A program made the position numbers and the translations under genes. A stretch of 64,000 nucleotides of DNA from Balanoglossus misakiensis (lineage: Eukaryota; Animalia; Hemichordata). The stretch covers positions 7,331,097 through 7,395,096 of the forward strand of contig CM082598.2 in NCBI GenBank assembly GCA_040954595.2, given 5' to 3'. How positions within the stretch are numbered: position 1 is the stretch's first letter; every line of letters begins with the position of its first letter. Of the stretch, positions 32,449 through 42,597 are shown piece by piece. A model generated the notes under the pieces. The model had not been told where the DNA came from, did not search any database, and saw nothing but the letters and a program-made list of their open reading frames with translations.

Positions 32449-34994
32449 ACACAAACCAGTACAAAAGTTTCATCATCTGTGTTTACAAATGACATACAGT
32501 GTCTCTGAAATGTTTCTAGTCTCACCCAGTGTGAAAATGGTGTCAGTCTACAGTATTTGTTTTGTTCAATGTGATTCAGCTAGTGCTATTACAGTAACAG
32601 CATCAGGGGTGCTATAGAAAGCGGTGTGGCAAACTGCATTGATGTATTTGCAAACAGGAAAATGCGATAGACCTTGAAAATGCCCCAGAATTAATTCCTG
32701 CCACAGAGAACTTGAAACACTGTAGTTAACCCCTAAAAATACCTAGAAAATATTGATTGAGGGCCCATTCAACATGGTGCAAACTGTTTGTAAGTGTATT
32801 TTACGTGGAAGAATTTACATTAGGAATATCTTGTTTGCACCAAGAATCCATTTTATTTCAACAAAATTCGTTATTTTAAAAAGATATTTCTATTAAAAGT
32901 TGTTACTTACCAAAAACCCAGGCTGTCTATCGTTATTTTGTTGCACGTAATTGAAATACAGTTTCACACAATTTTTTTTAAGTTCCTGCATGCACCGCAT
33001 GTGAAAAATAAAATATCAAACGCTAGCCCTGAGCGATGACTTTGTATAAAACATTGGTCAATACGAACACTTACCCATCCTGGGTATTTACCCCTTGCAT
33101 TGACATCATATCCATCATCTATCAGCGACTGAATCTTTGCAACATTACCACTCCATGCGGCATCGATGAGAACCTGTAACATTCAACAATCAACACTTCT
33201 TTTATCAAAATATTCTCAAAATGCAATCATAAACAGCAGTAATATAAAAGGAAAACATTGAAATCTTTATTAATGAAGAATTCTGAAGACGAAACATGAT
33301 CATGTCAATTTGAATAAAAAATGATGACATAGTGTTGTGAGAAAACAAAGACAACACAATTACTCTTCTCCAAGACAAAACAGCAAGATCTCCAAAGGGC
33401 AACAGGAAAACAGAAATACAAAACCGGTGGTGGCACTCTTAGGGAAAATAGACATTGCTTCTCCATAAAATTTCAAGACATATATCATTTCCAAGAATTT
33501 TCAATAACAAAAAGACAATTTGCACAATATGAGTGTTTCATCTAGATGGGTGGATGAGGGATTCACCCCCTATTGATGTGTTTGCACCCCCTGGCAATTT
33601 AATTTTCAAAGGGGGACCAGTGCCCTTTAAAATGTCACTCACATGTTGAAGATATTGCAGCCCTCCCCCCCCCCCCCTTGCCAGAGTGGAACCCCCTCAA
33701 ATATTCTGGCAAAAGGGGACATATACCCCCTGCTGATACCATCCTGAATGAAACACTGAATATAGAAGAAAATCAGACAAAAGCCCCCTCAGCTCCTAAT
33801 TTACAAAAACTGGGACAGATAATGCCATAATACAAATACAAAGCAAGACCGTTGTTTCTAATACAAAGAACTCTGGTTTAGTCACCCATCTGTATTTCAA
33901 ATCTCATTTGAACATTGTTGGAAGAAGTACCATTTTTTATCATTTTCAAAGACAGTGATGATAACTGGAAAGCATCCCCTTCTCTGTGATAGTTTTGGGA
34001 ACATGCATGGATAACTATTTTGCCTGAGTGTATCACCACCAGGGGAGGGTAGAAATTCACAATATTTTGACATTTGTATATTTTCTTTTTGTCATTCTGT
34101 ATACAAGTTCCCTATGTAGTTTTCCTTTAACAATTTCTGTAGTAGGTATGTGAGAAAACACAATGACCTTGTTGCAGACACAATTGGTGTTCAAAAATGT
34201 GGTTGATAAACAATTTGTTTCACTAACAATAATGACACGAATAATTTTCTATCATTGCTACAAAAACCAAGTGATCTTAGGTTAGCATGAAACTGAGTGC
34301 AGCTGAAACACCGTTCGCTTACAATCGACATTTGTGTCACCTTGAATGAACTCGCACAGGTCAGAAAGGTCATTGTCTGTTGATATGGTAATTGGTATCT
34401 ATGTGGAGTGAGGCACTGTAGAGATGCTTATCAGACTCTAGAATGATTGACTATACAGTAATACAGATATAGATTAAAAACTTTGGATTGTGATAATAAA
34501 ATATGACAAGCAGTTTATTACTAGTCAAAACTTTGTACGTCCAGCACAAACAACGAACATTTTTCATGATGCCATTGTTACAAGTTGTGTGCCCCTCTCA
34601 CAGTCTCTCGATCCACACAGACACCTCACTCAGAACTCACGGATTTATTGACTGACTGACTGATTCACCTTTCCACAGATGTTTGGACAATCATTTAATG
34701 TCTAGCAGAACAAGTCAGAGTTGTGGACTAATATTTTAGGGGTACAAAACGCGCATAGCACAAGGCTGGTTTGAGCTGACCTGCATTTGGAGCCCACATG
34801 AAAATGTGAGCACACATATATTGCATCAATTTGATAAAACGTTTCAGTCCACCCGAACCATGAATAATCTCAGCAGACGGACATTTAATCTGAAACACCT
34901 GTCGATAGATTATGGGCGTCCATGATGAGACAGACAGCGTAAATTCAGTTCAAAAGTCACTTACCCATGGGTTTTTATATTCCTGGGAAGCCAT
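111..34994 (-). CDS. Multi-exon ankyrin-repeat protein gene, 5' portion; 13 coding exons visible, continues beyond the left edge
   Basis: Manual splicing of GT-AG, phase-0 exons gives one open frame: MASQEYKNPW|VLIDAAWSG...|YGCTALHAAS...|then 10 xGxxPL(H/Y)xA(A/V)xx..EG.V.LLLEH.AD..(I/V)QN(K/E) repeats. Bases 1-60 match the intron sequence that precedes a cassette exon, implying more exons to the left. Confidence 0.88.
313..682 (-). mobile_element. Non-autonomous DNA element in the cassette intron (second copy ~930-1299), related to 62745-63373
   Basis: Absent from paralogous introns (aataaatctttccgcattgg at ~6108; similar at ~10627). Both ends match the reverse complement of the ends of 62745-63373. 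Confidence 0.7.
728..826 (-). CDS. Ankyrin cassette exon [33 protein letters not shown]
   Basis: 99 bp, identical to exon 111-209. Confidence 0.88.
1345..1446 (-). CDS. Ankyrin cassette exon [34 protein letters not shown] (34 aa)
   Basis: 102 bp, conserved splice flanks. Confidence 0.88.
3960..4665. repeat. Minisatellite, ~88-bp unit with shorter ~50-bp variants (aaatgacgatttttcgactttgcgaaatttcaaaattt...catgggttatagc)
   Basis: Repeated directly about 8-9 times. It lies in an insertion (~3338-4690) unique to the first intron unit. Confidence 0.85.
5921..6022 (-). CDS. Ankyrin cassette exon [34 protein letters not shown] (34 aa)
   Basis: 102 bp (one-codon insertion), 139-bp intron to the preceding cassette. 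Confidence 0.88.
6162..6257 (-). CDS. Ankyrin cassette exon [32 protein letters not shown] (32 aa)
   Basis: 96 bp (one-codon deletion in the turn), conserved splice flanks. Confidence 0.88.
6827..8085. repeat. 157-bp tandem repeat, ~8 copies
   Basis: aaatttgagagatgtgaagattt...caaaggggaaat recurs at ~157-bp spacing. Confidence 0.92.
9059..9411. mobile_element. Palindromic MITE with TTAA target duplication (Kolobok-like); other copies at ~4690-5036, ~13980 (interrupted), ~28368 (partial) and 45780-46125
   Basis: TTAA|agggacaaagtctctctc...gagagagagatttgtccct|TTAA with inverted arms of ~130 bp. Confidence 0.75.
10443..10541 (-). CDS. Ankyrin cassette exon [33 protein letters not shown]
   Basis: 99 bp, 140-bp intron to the preceding cassette. 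Confidence 0.88.
10682..10780 (-). CDS. Ankyrin cassette exon [33 protein letters not shown]
   Basis: 99 bp, conserved splice flanks. Not in the ORF track. Confidence 0.88.
11589..12137 (-). mobile_element. Helentron-associated (HINE/DINE-like) non-autonomous element; paralog at ~26705-27242
   Basis: The reverse strand starts tttttagctc, has a GTCC-like microsatellite, internal tandem repeats and a short sub-terminal IR, and ends cttgtttt. It is absent at the paralogous A-run (~2197, ~8215). Confidence 0.65.
12349..13080. mobile_element. MITE with perfect 32-bp TIRs and ~7-bp TSD (P-element-like termini)
   Basis: catggaggtactagagagaaggagcgaggacg and its exact reverse complement at the other end. 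Flanks are gtaagag / ataagag; empty sites at ~2417 and ~27446. Confidence 0.85.
14052..15060. mobile_element. Non-autonomous element with a 5' long hairpin and sub-terminal IR (Crypton- or Helentron-like, unclassified)
   Basis: Hairpin 14055-14199 centred on cgaggcgaagccgag. ttatagttttgtcaatgccagtgaattt (~14206) is inverted at ~15028-15055. It interrupts the TTAA MITE. Confidence 0.6.
16872..17109. mobile_element. Truncated PIF/Harbinger-like MITE end occupying the place of an ankyrin exon (paralog ~20501-20746)
   Basis: Lies between donor-side flank caggttggtat and acceptor-side flank taatggcggaggagcatgag. It ends cgtgtgcggcagcct at a TAA. Confidence 0.55.
17246..17344 (-). CDS. Ankyrin cassette exon [33 protein letters not shown]
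   Basis: 99 bp, same conserved splice flanks. Confidence 0.88.
17508..20401 (+). mobile_element. Ty3/Gypsy LTR retrotransposon copy A (5' LTR 17508-17750, 3'-truncated)
   Basis: TG...CA LTR, PBS tggcgacgag, gag with zinc knuckle, protease LVDSGA, RT (LCIDMR, FSKLDL), RNase H start (ADASPVG) and an integrase fragment. Multiple stops. Confidence 0.95.
17780..20400 (+). pseudogene. Gypsy gag-pol pseudogene, copy A
   Basis: ORF fragments 17903-18247, 18251-18529, 18593-19483 and 19694-20263, separated by stops and frameshifts. Confidence 0.9.
20887..20985 (-). CDS. Ankyrin cassette exon [33 protein letters not shown]
   Basis: 99 bp, same conserved splice flanks. Confidence 0.88.
21430..24620 (+). 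pseudogene. Gypsy gag-pol pseudogene, copy B
   Basis: Fragmented ORFs 21554-21898, 21977-22501, 22885-23220, 23388-23873 and 23979-24512. Confidence 0.9.
22646..22783. mobile_element. ~140-bp MITE inserted in Gypsy copy B only
   Basis: TIR gaccactacgcggatag / ctatccgcgaagtggtc with CAT duplicated. Copy A has uninterrupted aacagacatggctgacc. Confidence 0.8.
25524..26582. repeat. 157-bp tandem repeat, ~6 full copies plus one deleted copy
   Basis: Same unit as 6827-8085. Single copies occur at ~1918-2080 and ~11298-11465. Confidence 0.92.
29226..29324 (-). CDS. Ankyrin cassette exon [33 protein letters not shown]
   Basis: 99 bp, cattacttacag acceptor, gtaaatacc donor. Confidence 0.85.
30146..30244 (-). 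CDS. Ankyrin exon, unique repeat YGCTALHAASFEGKLDAVRVLISHGADVNAKDE
   Basis: 99 bp, tttattccag acceptor, gtacgt donor, canonical GxTALH...HGADVNAKD. Not in the ORF track. Confidence 0.9.
30455..31690. mobile_element. Hairpin-headed non-autonomous element (same architecture as 14052-15060)
   Basis: Hairpin 30470-30532 centred on ctcgtcttcgactcg. tttatcatatgctca (~30580) is inverted at ~31673-31688. Confidence 0.55.
31764..31940. mobile_element. Tc1/mariner (pogo-type) MITE
   Basis: TA|cagtaaaacctgtc...gacaggttttactg. Confidence 0.7.
32398..32445. repeat. (GT)n microsatellite
   Basis: About 24 GT units. Confidence 0.97.
33075..33173 (-). CDS. Ankyrin exon, N-cap-like unique repeat VLIDAAWSGNVAKIQSLIDDGYDVNARGKYPGW
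   Basis: 99 bp, ttacag acceptor, gtaagt donor, ankyrin pattern AAxxG...L...G.DVN. Confidence 0.85.
33531..33758. mobile_element. Short MITE with agtgtttcat...atgaaacact termini (hAT-like, tentative)
   Basis: Terminal inverted repeat visible; TSD unclear. Confidence 0.45.
34965..34994 (-). CDS. First coding exon (MASQEYKNPW) of the ankyrin gene
   Basis: Start context ACAATGG, in-frame TAA 42 nt upstream, ends TGG|gtaagt in phase 0. A plausible acceptor (ccttttttttacag-like) lies at ~35132. Confidence 0.7.
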
Positions 34995-36329
34995 TGTTAT
35001 GTCATTAACATTGCCTTGGAATACATTCACAAATTACCCCATAGCACGATGTTGCAGTCTTGAGGTCAACTGGCAAGTTAGTTTTGTTGGGATTGCGTTG
35101 TCTAGCTATCATATGATTTTGAAGACTGTATCTGTAAAAAAAGGGCAATAAGTAACTATAAGTAAATACGAGCTGCGCTACAAAGAAAAAAATCGCGTCA
35201 AGGACACTGGTCCCATTGAGGGATTACACAAGAATAAGTCTACACCAGAGTACATGGCCGTATACGACATACAGACACACACACATAGATCACTGGTCAA
35301 ACACTGACTGACCCATAAGCTGCCAATGGCACATGTACTGTACATACACTAAATAAAACAGCTGGTCTTTTTGCATTTTTCGCTGTTTTTGACAACTTCA
35401 GAAGAATTTACCTTCGCTCTGCGTTGGCCGAATTTGCTCAAATTTTAACAGGGGATTGTGTATGACCCATCCAACAATACAAAAAAATGTTTTTAGGCGA
35501 TTAAGTGTCCCTAGCGGAAATAAATAACTTTCATTCAATACAACTCATCATGAATTTGATCATATATTCTAAAAATCTAACTTTCAAACGCTGTTACTCC
35601 TCAATGGAAACAGAAAATGTAAATCAAAATTTTCGCTTTTTTGCACGTGTACTCTAGTTTCGAATGACATATTACGATGCATGATACATGGTCAACTTGT
35701 TTTACCTACTTCAAATTGAATGACATAATATCAAAAACTGTTTTTTTAGCCCAAAAACGCCACCATTTCCGAGGGTTAATAAAAATATGCAACTCAAACA
35801 GTCGTTACTCCCCAGGCACGATCACAACTCCCAGCAAGGGCTATCAGGTTTTATTGGGCCAGTGGCATGTTTGACCTAGATGTTAGTTTTGGAAGCAAAG
35901 TTGACGGCTAGATACGAGACTAGGATAGTGCATGATCACATACAGGCCTAGATGAATCATTATATACACAGAAATCATAGTGTCCTTCATAGTTGCATAG
36001 GTGCATGCAGGGACAATTAAAATCTCTTCATCTTAATTTCATTTAAATGCCTTGAATGTAATTCGCTCATGCAGTCAAATGTAGATAACGATTAACAATT
36101 TTCTCGTTGTTTGTGATGTAGCCCTTATCAGAAAGGACAGGTACGGTCCCCTTTGGCCATAATGCCCTGACCATATCATCGATCACCTCATGGTATCACA
36201 CAGATAAACACACAAAATTTGAAGAGGTTTCTGAGGGTACTCCATTCAAAATTAGTTTTTTCGTGATCTTTAGAGATGGCAAAGATGCTATAAGCCTGTT
36301 ACCAAACATTCTTTGAAAAATCGTGTTAA

Positions 36330-37064
36330 GGTGGCTTTGCATGAAAAGTTGTGATTTCTGCCAAATTTTACTCTTTTTTTTTTACATAAATCGGTAGGTC
36401 TAATACTGATCCACATTCTGCCAAATGTGTCTTGGCGGAAATGGTGCATAATCAACCAAAAATAGCACTAAATGAGTCCACAGCTTAAGAATTAGGTGTC
36501 AACAATGCAAATGGCTGTTTTTCTCAGTTTGTATTTTCGCCGCTTTTGACAACTTCAGAAAAATTTATCTTCACTCCGCGTTGGCCGAATTTGCTCAAAT
36601 GTTAACAGGGGATTGTGTATGACCCATCTAACAATATGAAAAAAAAATGTAGTCGATAAAGTGTCCCTGGCGGGAATAAACTCTGATTCAATACAACTCA
36701 CCGTGAATGTGATCAAATTTTCTAAAAATCTAACTTTCAAACGCTGTTACTCCCTAATGGAAGCGGATAGCGCAAAACCAAATTTTCGTTTTTTTTTGGC
36801 ACGTGTACTCTAGTTTCGAATGAAATATTAAGATGCATGGTCAACTTTTTTACCTAATTTCAATTGAATGACATATCATAATATCAAAAACGTTTTTTTT
36901 AACCCAAAAACACCACCATTTCCAGGGGTCAATAAAATGTGCAATTCAAACAAAAGTTCAAAAATTCAGCTCTCAGAATATGTATGGTTTATAGGGGTTT
37001 TAACGTTGTCTTTGATGAGAAATAGGCCTCTGAATAAGTCTTGACGGTTTCGTGCAATGCCACC
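36330..37064. mobile_element. TTAA-flanked (Kolobok-like) MITE; other copies at 49073-49716, 50097-50824, 60806-~61415 (truncated) and ~35370-35800 (fragment)
   Basis: TTAA|ggtggc(a/t)ttgcatgaa...ttcgtgcaatgccacc|TTAA. Empty sites tgttaaggatgtac at ~46755 and ~55908. Confidence 0.85.
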
Positions 37065-39721
37065 TTAAGAGGGAAATCTATAGCAAATTTGAGGGTTAAA
37101 TTATCAGAGAGAACACAGGTATCGTCCACTCTGGCCATTAATACCCTAATCGTACCGTCGCCTCTTGGTATTATCCAAACGCAGAAACTTTTAAGTGAGA
37201 CAAGAACGTGTCGGAACAAATTGTGTTTTGGACCAAAGCGATATCTTTGATTAATGTGCGTATAACATCACAACACCATGGCCACACACACTCCTTTGAG
37301 TGACATCTTGCTTATCCCAAAAAACATCGCAATCTAATATTTTGGCAGCTAAACTGAAACTTTTAAAATCAAACAAGAATTTTTTTCTCAGGTATAGTAT
37401 TATGGAAAGACACTATTGTTTTTGCAGTTGCATTTATTTTATTCATTTCACTCTACTTGCCAGGGGAGCAGTTACTCAGTCACTCTCCTACCACTTGTGT
37501 AATTAATTTCAGGAGAGTTATTTTCAGCTCTCCAGCATTTTTAAATTAAATTACATGCCCTGAAAGTTATGCAAGCTGGTGTCTCCCTCTGCAAAATCTA
37601 CTAATTTAAAGTAGAAAAAACTGTAACTGTTAATATATTGTCAAGTTCACATGTAAAATGTTGTAATTTACTTATGCTGTTTTTAATATGGAAGGAAGGC
37701 AGTTAGTAAGTTAACGTTCAAAATTGTCATTCCTTGATGTTTACCTAATTAACATAAATTATGCAAATCATGATTCCCCCTACTTTGACCAAATCCCCCC
37801 TTAATTTTGGACTATTAAAGAAATATTTGCTGTTCTTGTTTCGCAGAAAAAAAAAAGAAGCCGCATCACCGCATCAATTTTGAGATTTTGCTTGGACGCT
37901 AAACAAAACTCTTCTTTTTTTTGGCCTAACAACCTGTACGCGTTCAAGTCAAGGCAGACCTAACCTATTCAAAATATGATAATTAGGAAAAGACGCATAC
38001 ATGCATTCTTTGCATACCCAGAGACACATACAGGAAATCAAGCGAGTGCGGCCACTAGCTGGAAGAGCTGAATTCAATGCATTGCCTTGCGATGTTCATG
38101 ATACAGGGGGGTGATGATCAATGAACAGAACAGCGGTCCACGTTCACGCATTGTAGTGCACTGATCATGGCAAGTTGATCATGGCGAAATAAACGACGGT
38201 GTTAGATAGCAGTGCTTCACAAGTTTGGCTTATTTGTATGAAAATCGTCTCGCCAAACACAACTTTTTTCTCGCGGGTAGCGAAAACACTGCTGGCTAAT
38301 CCGTTCCGATTTTTGTCTCTGTTCCAATTCTTCCTCAACACCTCAAAGCTACACACCACCGCCAAAAACATAAAGCTACACACCCCTACCAGAAAATGGT
38401 ATGCATTCTTTACAGGTTGACGGACGGAAGTTGACACTGATGCCCCATTCGAAAGACTCCTCCGTGTAAACACTTCGGAGGCAAAAAACATGTGATAACA
38501 TTAATGTTTCACCCCGCTTGTTTTTTAAATACAAGACTGTGAATGAGTCAGCATTTTTCACCAATGGTTTGTCTATTGGCAAAACATTTACCAAAGTTTA
38601 TCGCAAAATAGAGCGCGGTGACCACGCGATATTATTTGACCAGTGAATTTATTTTTACTTGACTATGTGTAAAATTTTGTGAAAATGACAATAGTAGAAG
38701 TGAGTTTTTCTAGCGATTCTCAATGTAATCATTTATGGGAAAAGACAAACACATACTTATTTGCACAGTTTACAAGTTTACGTTCTGCACGTACATCCTA
38801 ATAAAAAGGGAGTCTATAGCAACTTTGGGGCTAAGTTATCAGAGAAAACACAGGTATCTTCCACTCTGGCCCCCCAAAAAACTCGCCTCGTGGTATCATC
38901 CAAACGCAGAGACTTTCAAGTGAGACAAGAACGTGTTGGAACATATTGTATTTTTAGACCAAAGCGACATCTTTGATTAATGTGCGTGTAACATCACAAC
39001 ACCATGGCCACACCCACTCCTTTGAGTGACATCTTGCTTAACTCAAAAATTATCGCAAAATAACATTGTTGCTAACAGTAATTGACACTCAGCTATACAT
39101 AGGGATAGTAGGTCTAAGCTTAAACTTTAACAATTCAGGTTGATTGATTATATCTGTGCAGTATCGAGCGGCGACATCGACAAAACAGTCAGGGTGTTAC
39201 GCCCAAACTGGAACTAATCGCTTCCACGTACAAGAAGAGATACGTGCGATTATGGACGTCGTTCATGTGGGACTAATACATGTACATAGACTGGAGCTTT
39301 ATGGTAAATGAGGCTGAAAGTTTGAATTATGTGATATGATTCCATAAATTGTTAGCATTGTTTGCATTAAATATTATGGTTTAATTGTTGCAGAAAATGA
39401 CAACTTTTGAGGTTCAGTGCTGTGTGTATTTAACTGCACGCAAATAAACTTTGTGTGCACGCAAATAAAATATATCCATTTTGAGCAGTGCGTCTATCAA
39501 TGAACCATGTGCATATACCAATAATTGTGCCGATCAATTTGTATGATTGTCCATTCAAAATTTTTGTTTCTGTTTTGTTTTTTAATTGTGTCATCGTTTT
39601 ATTACCTTTGGCAGGGATGGAATCATCTTCACTCGTGCCCGCCAATGTCAATGGAAATAATATTACACAATTCTCATTCCATGTTTTCATGTTAGCTTTT
39701 GGAGACATTGATGTGATAGAA

Positions 39722-39877
39722 AAGACTCTCTCACAGCCCCCTTTGCAGTCCATGCAGGCTTATGGTCTGATTGCAAGGTTCGTTACACAACACCATATGA
39801 GGCTTCTCCGTAGCTAAACGGTTCTGGGCGCGTCAGTGAAGAGCCTTGTAGCTAGACATGGGCTGTGATAGAGTCTA
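39722..39877. mobile_element. 156-bp MITE with 9-bp TSD (Academ-like termini)
   Basis: TSD gtgatagaa at 39713-21 and 39878-86, TIR agactct.tcacagccc. Empty sites at ~45277 and ~54785. Confidence 0.75.
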
Positions 39878-40378
39878 GTGATAGAAATGGCTATTTTAAA
39901 TTTACATGTACTAAAGCAATGTCAAGTTATTTTTTTCCATAAATAGTGAAACACATAACTGAAGTTTTGCTGGCCTAATTTGACTTCATAATTGTCCCTT
40001 CTTCATTCTGTCTATATTTAATTAATCCACATTAATTGTAGAGTTATCGAGTCAACAGATGAATTAGCCCACATTCCCGGAGCCCAAGCTTTAGACTATC
40101 AGCAATCATCAATCCCCAGGCACGAAGGCACCTCATCTATGTGAGCTGAGGCACCGAAGACGCGAGCTGAACAGAAACCACTTTGCACCATTTAGTAGTA
40201 CGCAAAACTTGGCCAAAACAGCAAAGGCGGTTTTCAAGTCTGTCCAGCAATCCTCTTTGTTTGATAGAACTAGGTCAAAATGGACTATATCTATCTACAG
40301 AAATATCTCTTCAGTTAACCTGTTTGACTCTATAACTTGTTGCTTCAAAATATGGCAATGCTCACGTATATGGCTTAA

Positions 40379-40953
40379 AGTTTGTGTGACATGCCATATA
40401 CAACCGCGCGTAAAATCACTCTTTGGGTCTTGAAATTAACGTATGTTAGTATCTGCCATTGTGTATCGCCCTCTGTGCTCAGATAACAGGCAAACATAAG
40501 TAGCATGTGGGTGTGTACCCCTAACCCAACTCAGTTGATTTTTTCGGCTTTTCGAAGTTCAGCAGAAGACTTATCTTGATATGGACAAATAGTCTTTCAC
40601 ACCTTCGTAAATCCTCTGCTGGTAATGTGAGGCAAGGGCTTCCTTTGCTTTGAACACTGTTCATATAGCTGTCTTTGTCTGTGGACTTAATAATTACGCA
40701 TTGACTGCAAATTACACTTAACTGTCAGCAGAGTGGTACACTAGATTCTAGTGGACTTGTTTGTCCATATGCAAATACCTTCGCATGGCTCGAGTGCGAA
40801 GTGGCTCCCTGATCACAGGCATGAAAAAAGGTGGCAAATTCTGGCATTCGCGCACATTTTTCGGAACCGACACAAAACGCAATGCATAGACAAGTACCCT
40901 TGGTGAGCTTTTGACGAAAAAATGACAACTTTTTAAAGCATGTCACAGACCCT
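40379..40953. mobile_element. TTAA-flanked non-autonomous element
   Basis: TTAA|agtttgtgtgacatgc...gcatgtcacagaccct|TTAA. Confidence 0.7.
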
Positions 40954-42597
40954 TTAATTGCCTGGACAAGCAGGCTTCATAAGGGTGGACTGGATGAGGC
41001 AATGAAAATTAATTTTTGGCTAGATTGTCTTCACTGATTTAGTACATGTGTCAACTTGCGGTCAAAGTTCATGAGCAACAAATGTGTAAACAATCTTGAA
41101 TTTGTGTTTTAGAACTGGTTTGGATGTAAATGACTAAAATACTGTATGACAACACCCAAACAGTTTATTGGATTATATTGGACAAATCTCGGAGATGAAC
41201 TATAAAGCTATAAACTTTAAGTTGTATTTAATTGCCAATATCCAATTTACGTCACAATACAATTGAATATAGATGCTAAATTTTCATGTTGGGATTGGAA
41301 ATTTAATTCACCAATGCAGTCAAATTTAGATAACGAGAAACAATTGTCTCTCTGTTTGTGATGTAGCTCTTATCAGAAAGGACAGGTACGGTCCCCTTTG
41401 GCCATAATGCCCTGACCATATCATCGATCGCCTCATGGTATCACACAGATAAACACACACCATTTTAAGTGGTTTCCCAGGGTACTCCATTCTAAACTAT
41501 TTTTTCATGATTTTTAGAGATGGCAAAACGTCGACAATGGCAAAGATGCTGAAAGCCTGTTTCCAAACATTCTTTGAGAAAATGTGTCAAGGATGTACGA
41601 TCAGTAAAATTAAATGTATTGTCATTTCTTTTAATTGTACATTTTTGGTTTCTCCTTAAACTATAAGCATTAAAAAAATATGTGATAACATATAGGTTTC
41701 ACCGCGCTTGAAATACAAGACTGTGAATGAGTCAGCATTTTTCACCAATGGTTTGTCTAAGGGCAAAACATTTACCAAAATTTATCTCAAAATAGAGCAC
41801 GGTGACCACGCGATTTCATTTGACCAATGAATTTATTTTGACTTGACTATGTGTAAAATTTTGAGAAAATGACAATTGTAGAAGTGAGTTTTTCTAGCGA
41901 TTCTCAATGATATCATTTATGGGAAAAGACAAACACATTATTACTAATTTGCACAGTTAAAAAGTTTATGTTCTGGACGTACATCCGTAAGAGGGAAATC
42001 TATAGCAACTTTGGGGATAAATTATCAGAGAGAACACAGGTCTGATCATACCGTCGCCTCTTGGTATCATCCAAATGCAGTGACTTTTAAGAACGTGTCT
42101 GAACAAATTGTATTTTTAGACCAAAGCGACATCTTTGATTAATGTGCGTGTAACATCACAACACCATGGCCACACCCACTCCTTTGAGTGACATCTTGCT
42201 TAACTCAAAAATCATCGCAAAATAACATTGTTGCTAACAGTAATTGGCACTCAGCTATACACAGGGATAGGAGGTCCAAGCTTAAACTTTAACGATTCAT
42301 GTTGATTGATTTTGTCTGTGCAGTATCGAGCGGCGACATCGACAAAACAGTCAGGGTGTTACGCCCAAAGTGGAACTAATTGCTTCCACGTACAAGAAGA
42401 GATACGTGCGATTATGGACGTTGTTCATGGCGGGACTAATACATGTACACAGACTGGAGCTTTATGGTAAAATGAGGCTGACAGTTTGTTTCTATGTGGA
42501 ACAGAAAATGAGATACTGACTGGGTTTCAAATCAACACCATAGAAAATAAAAGTACAAATAAATTACATGTAATTATTCCATAATTATTCGCATTAA

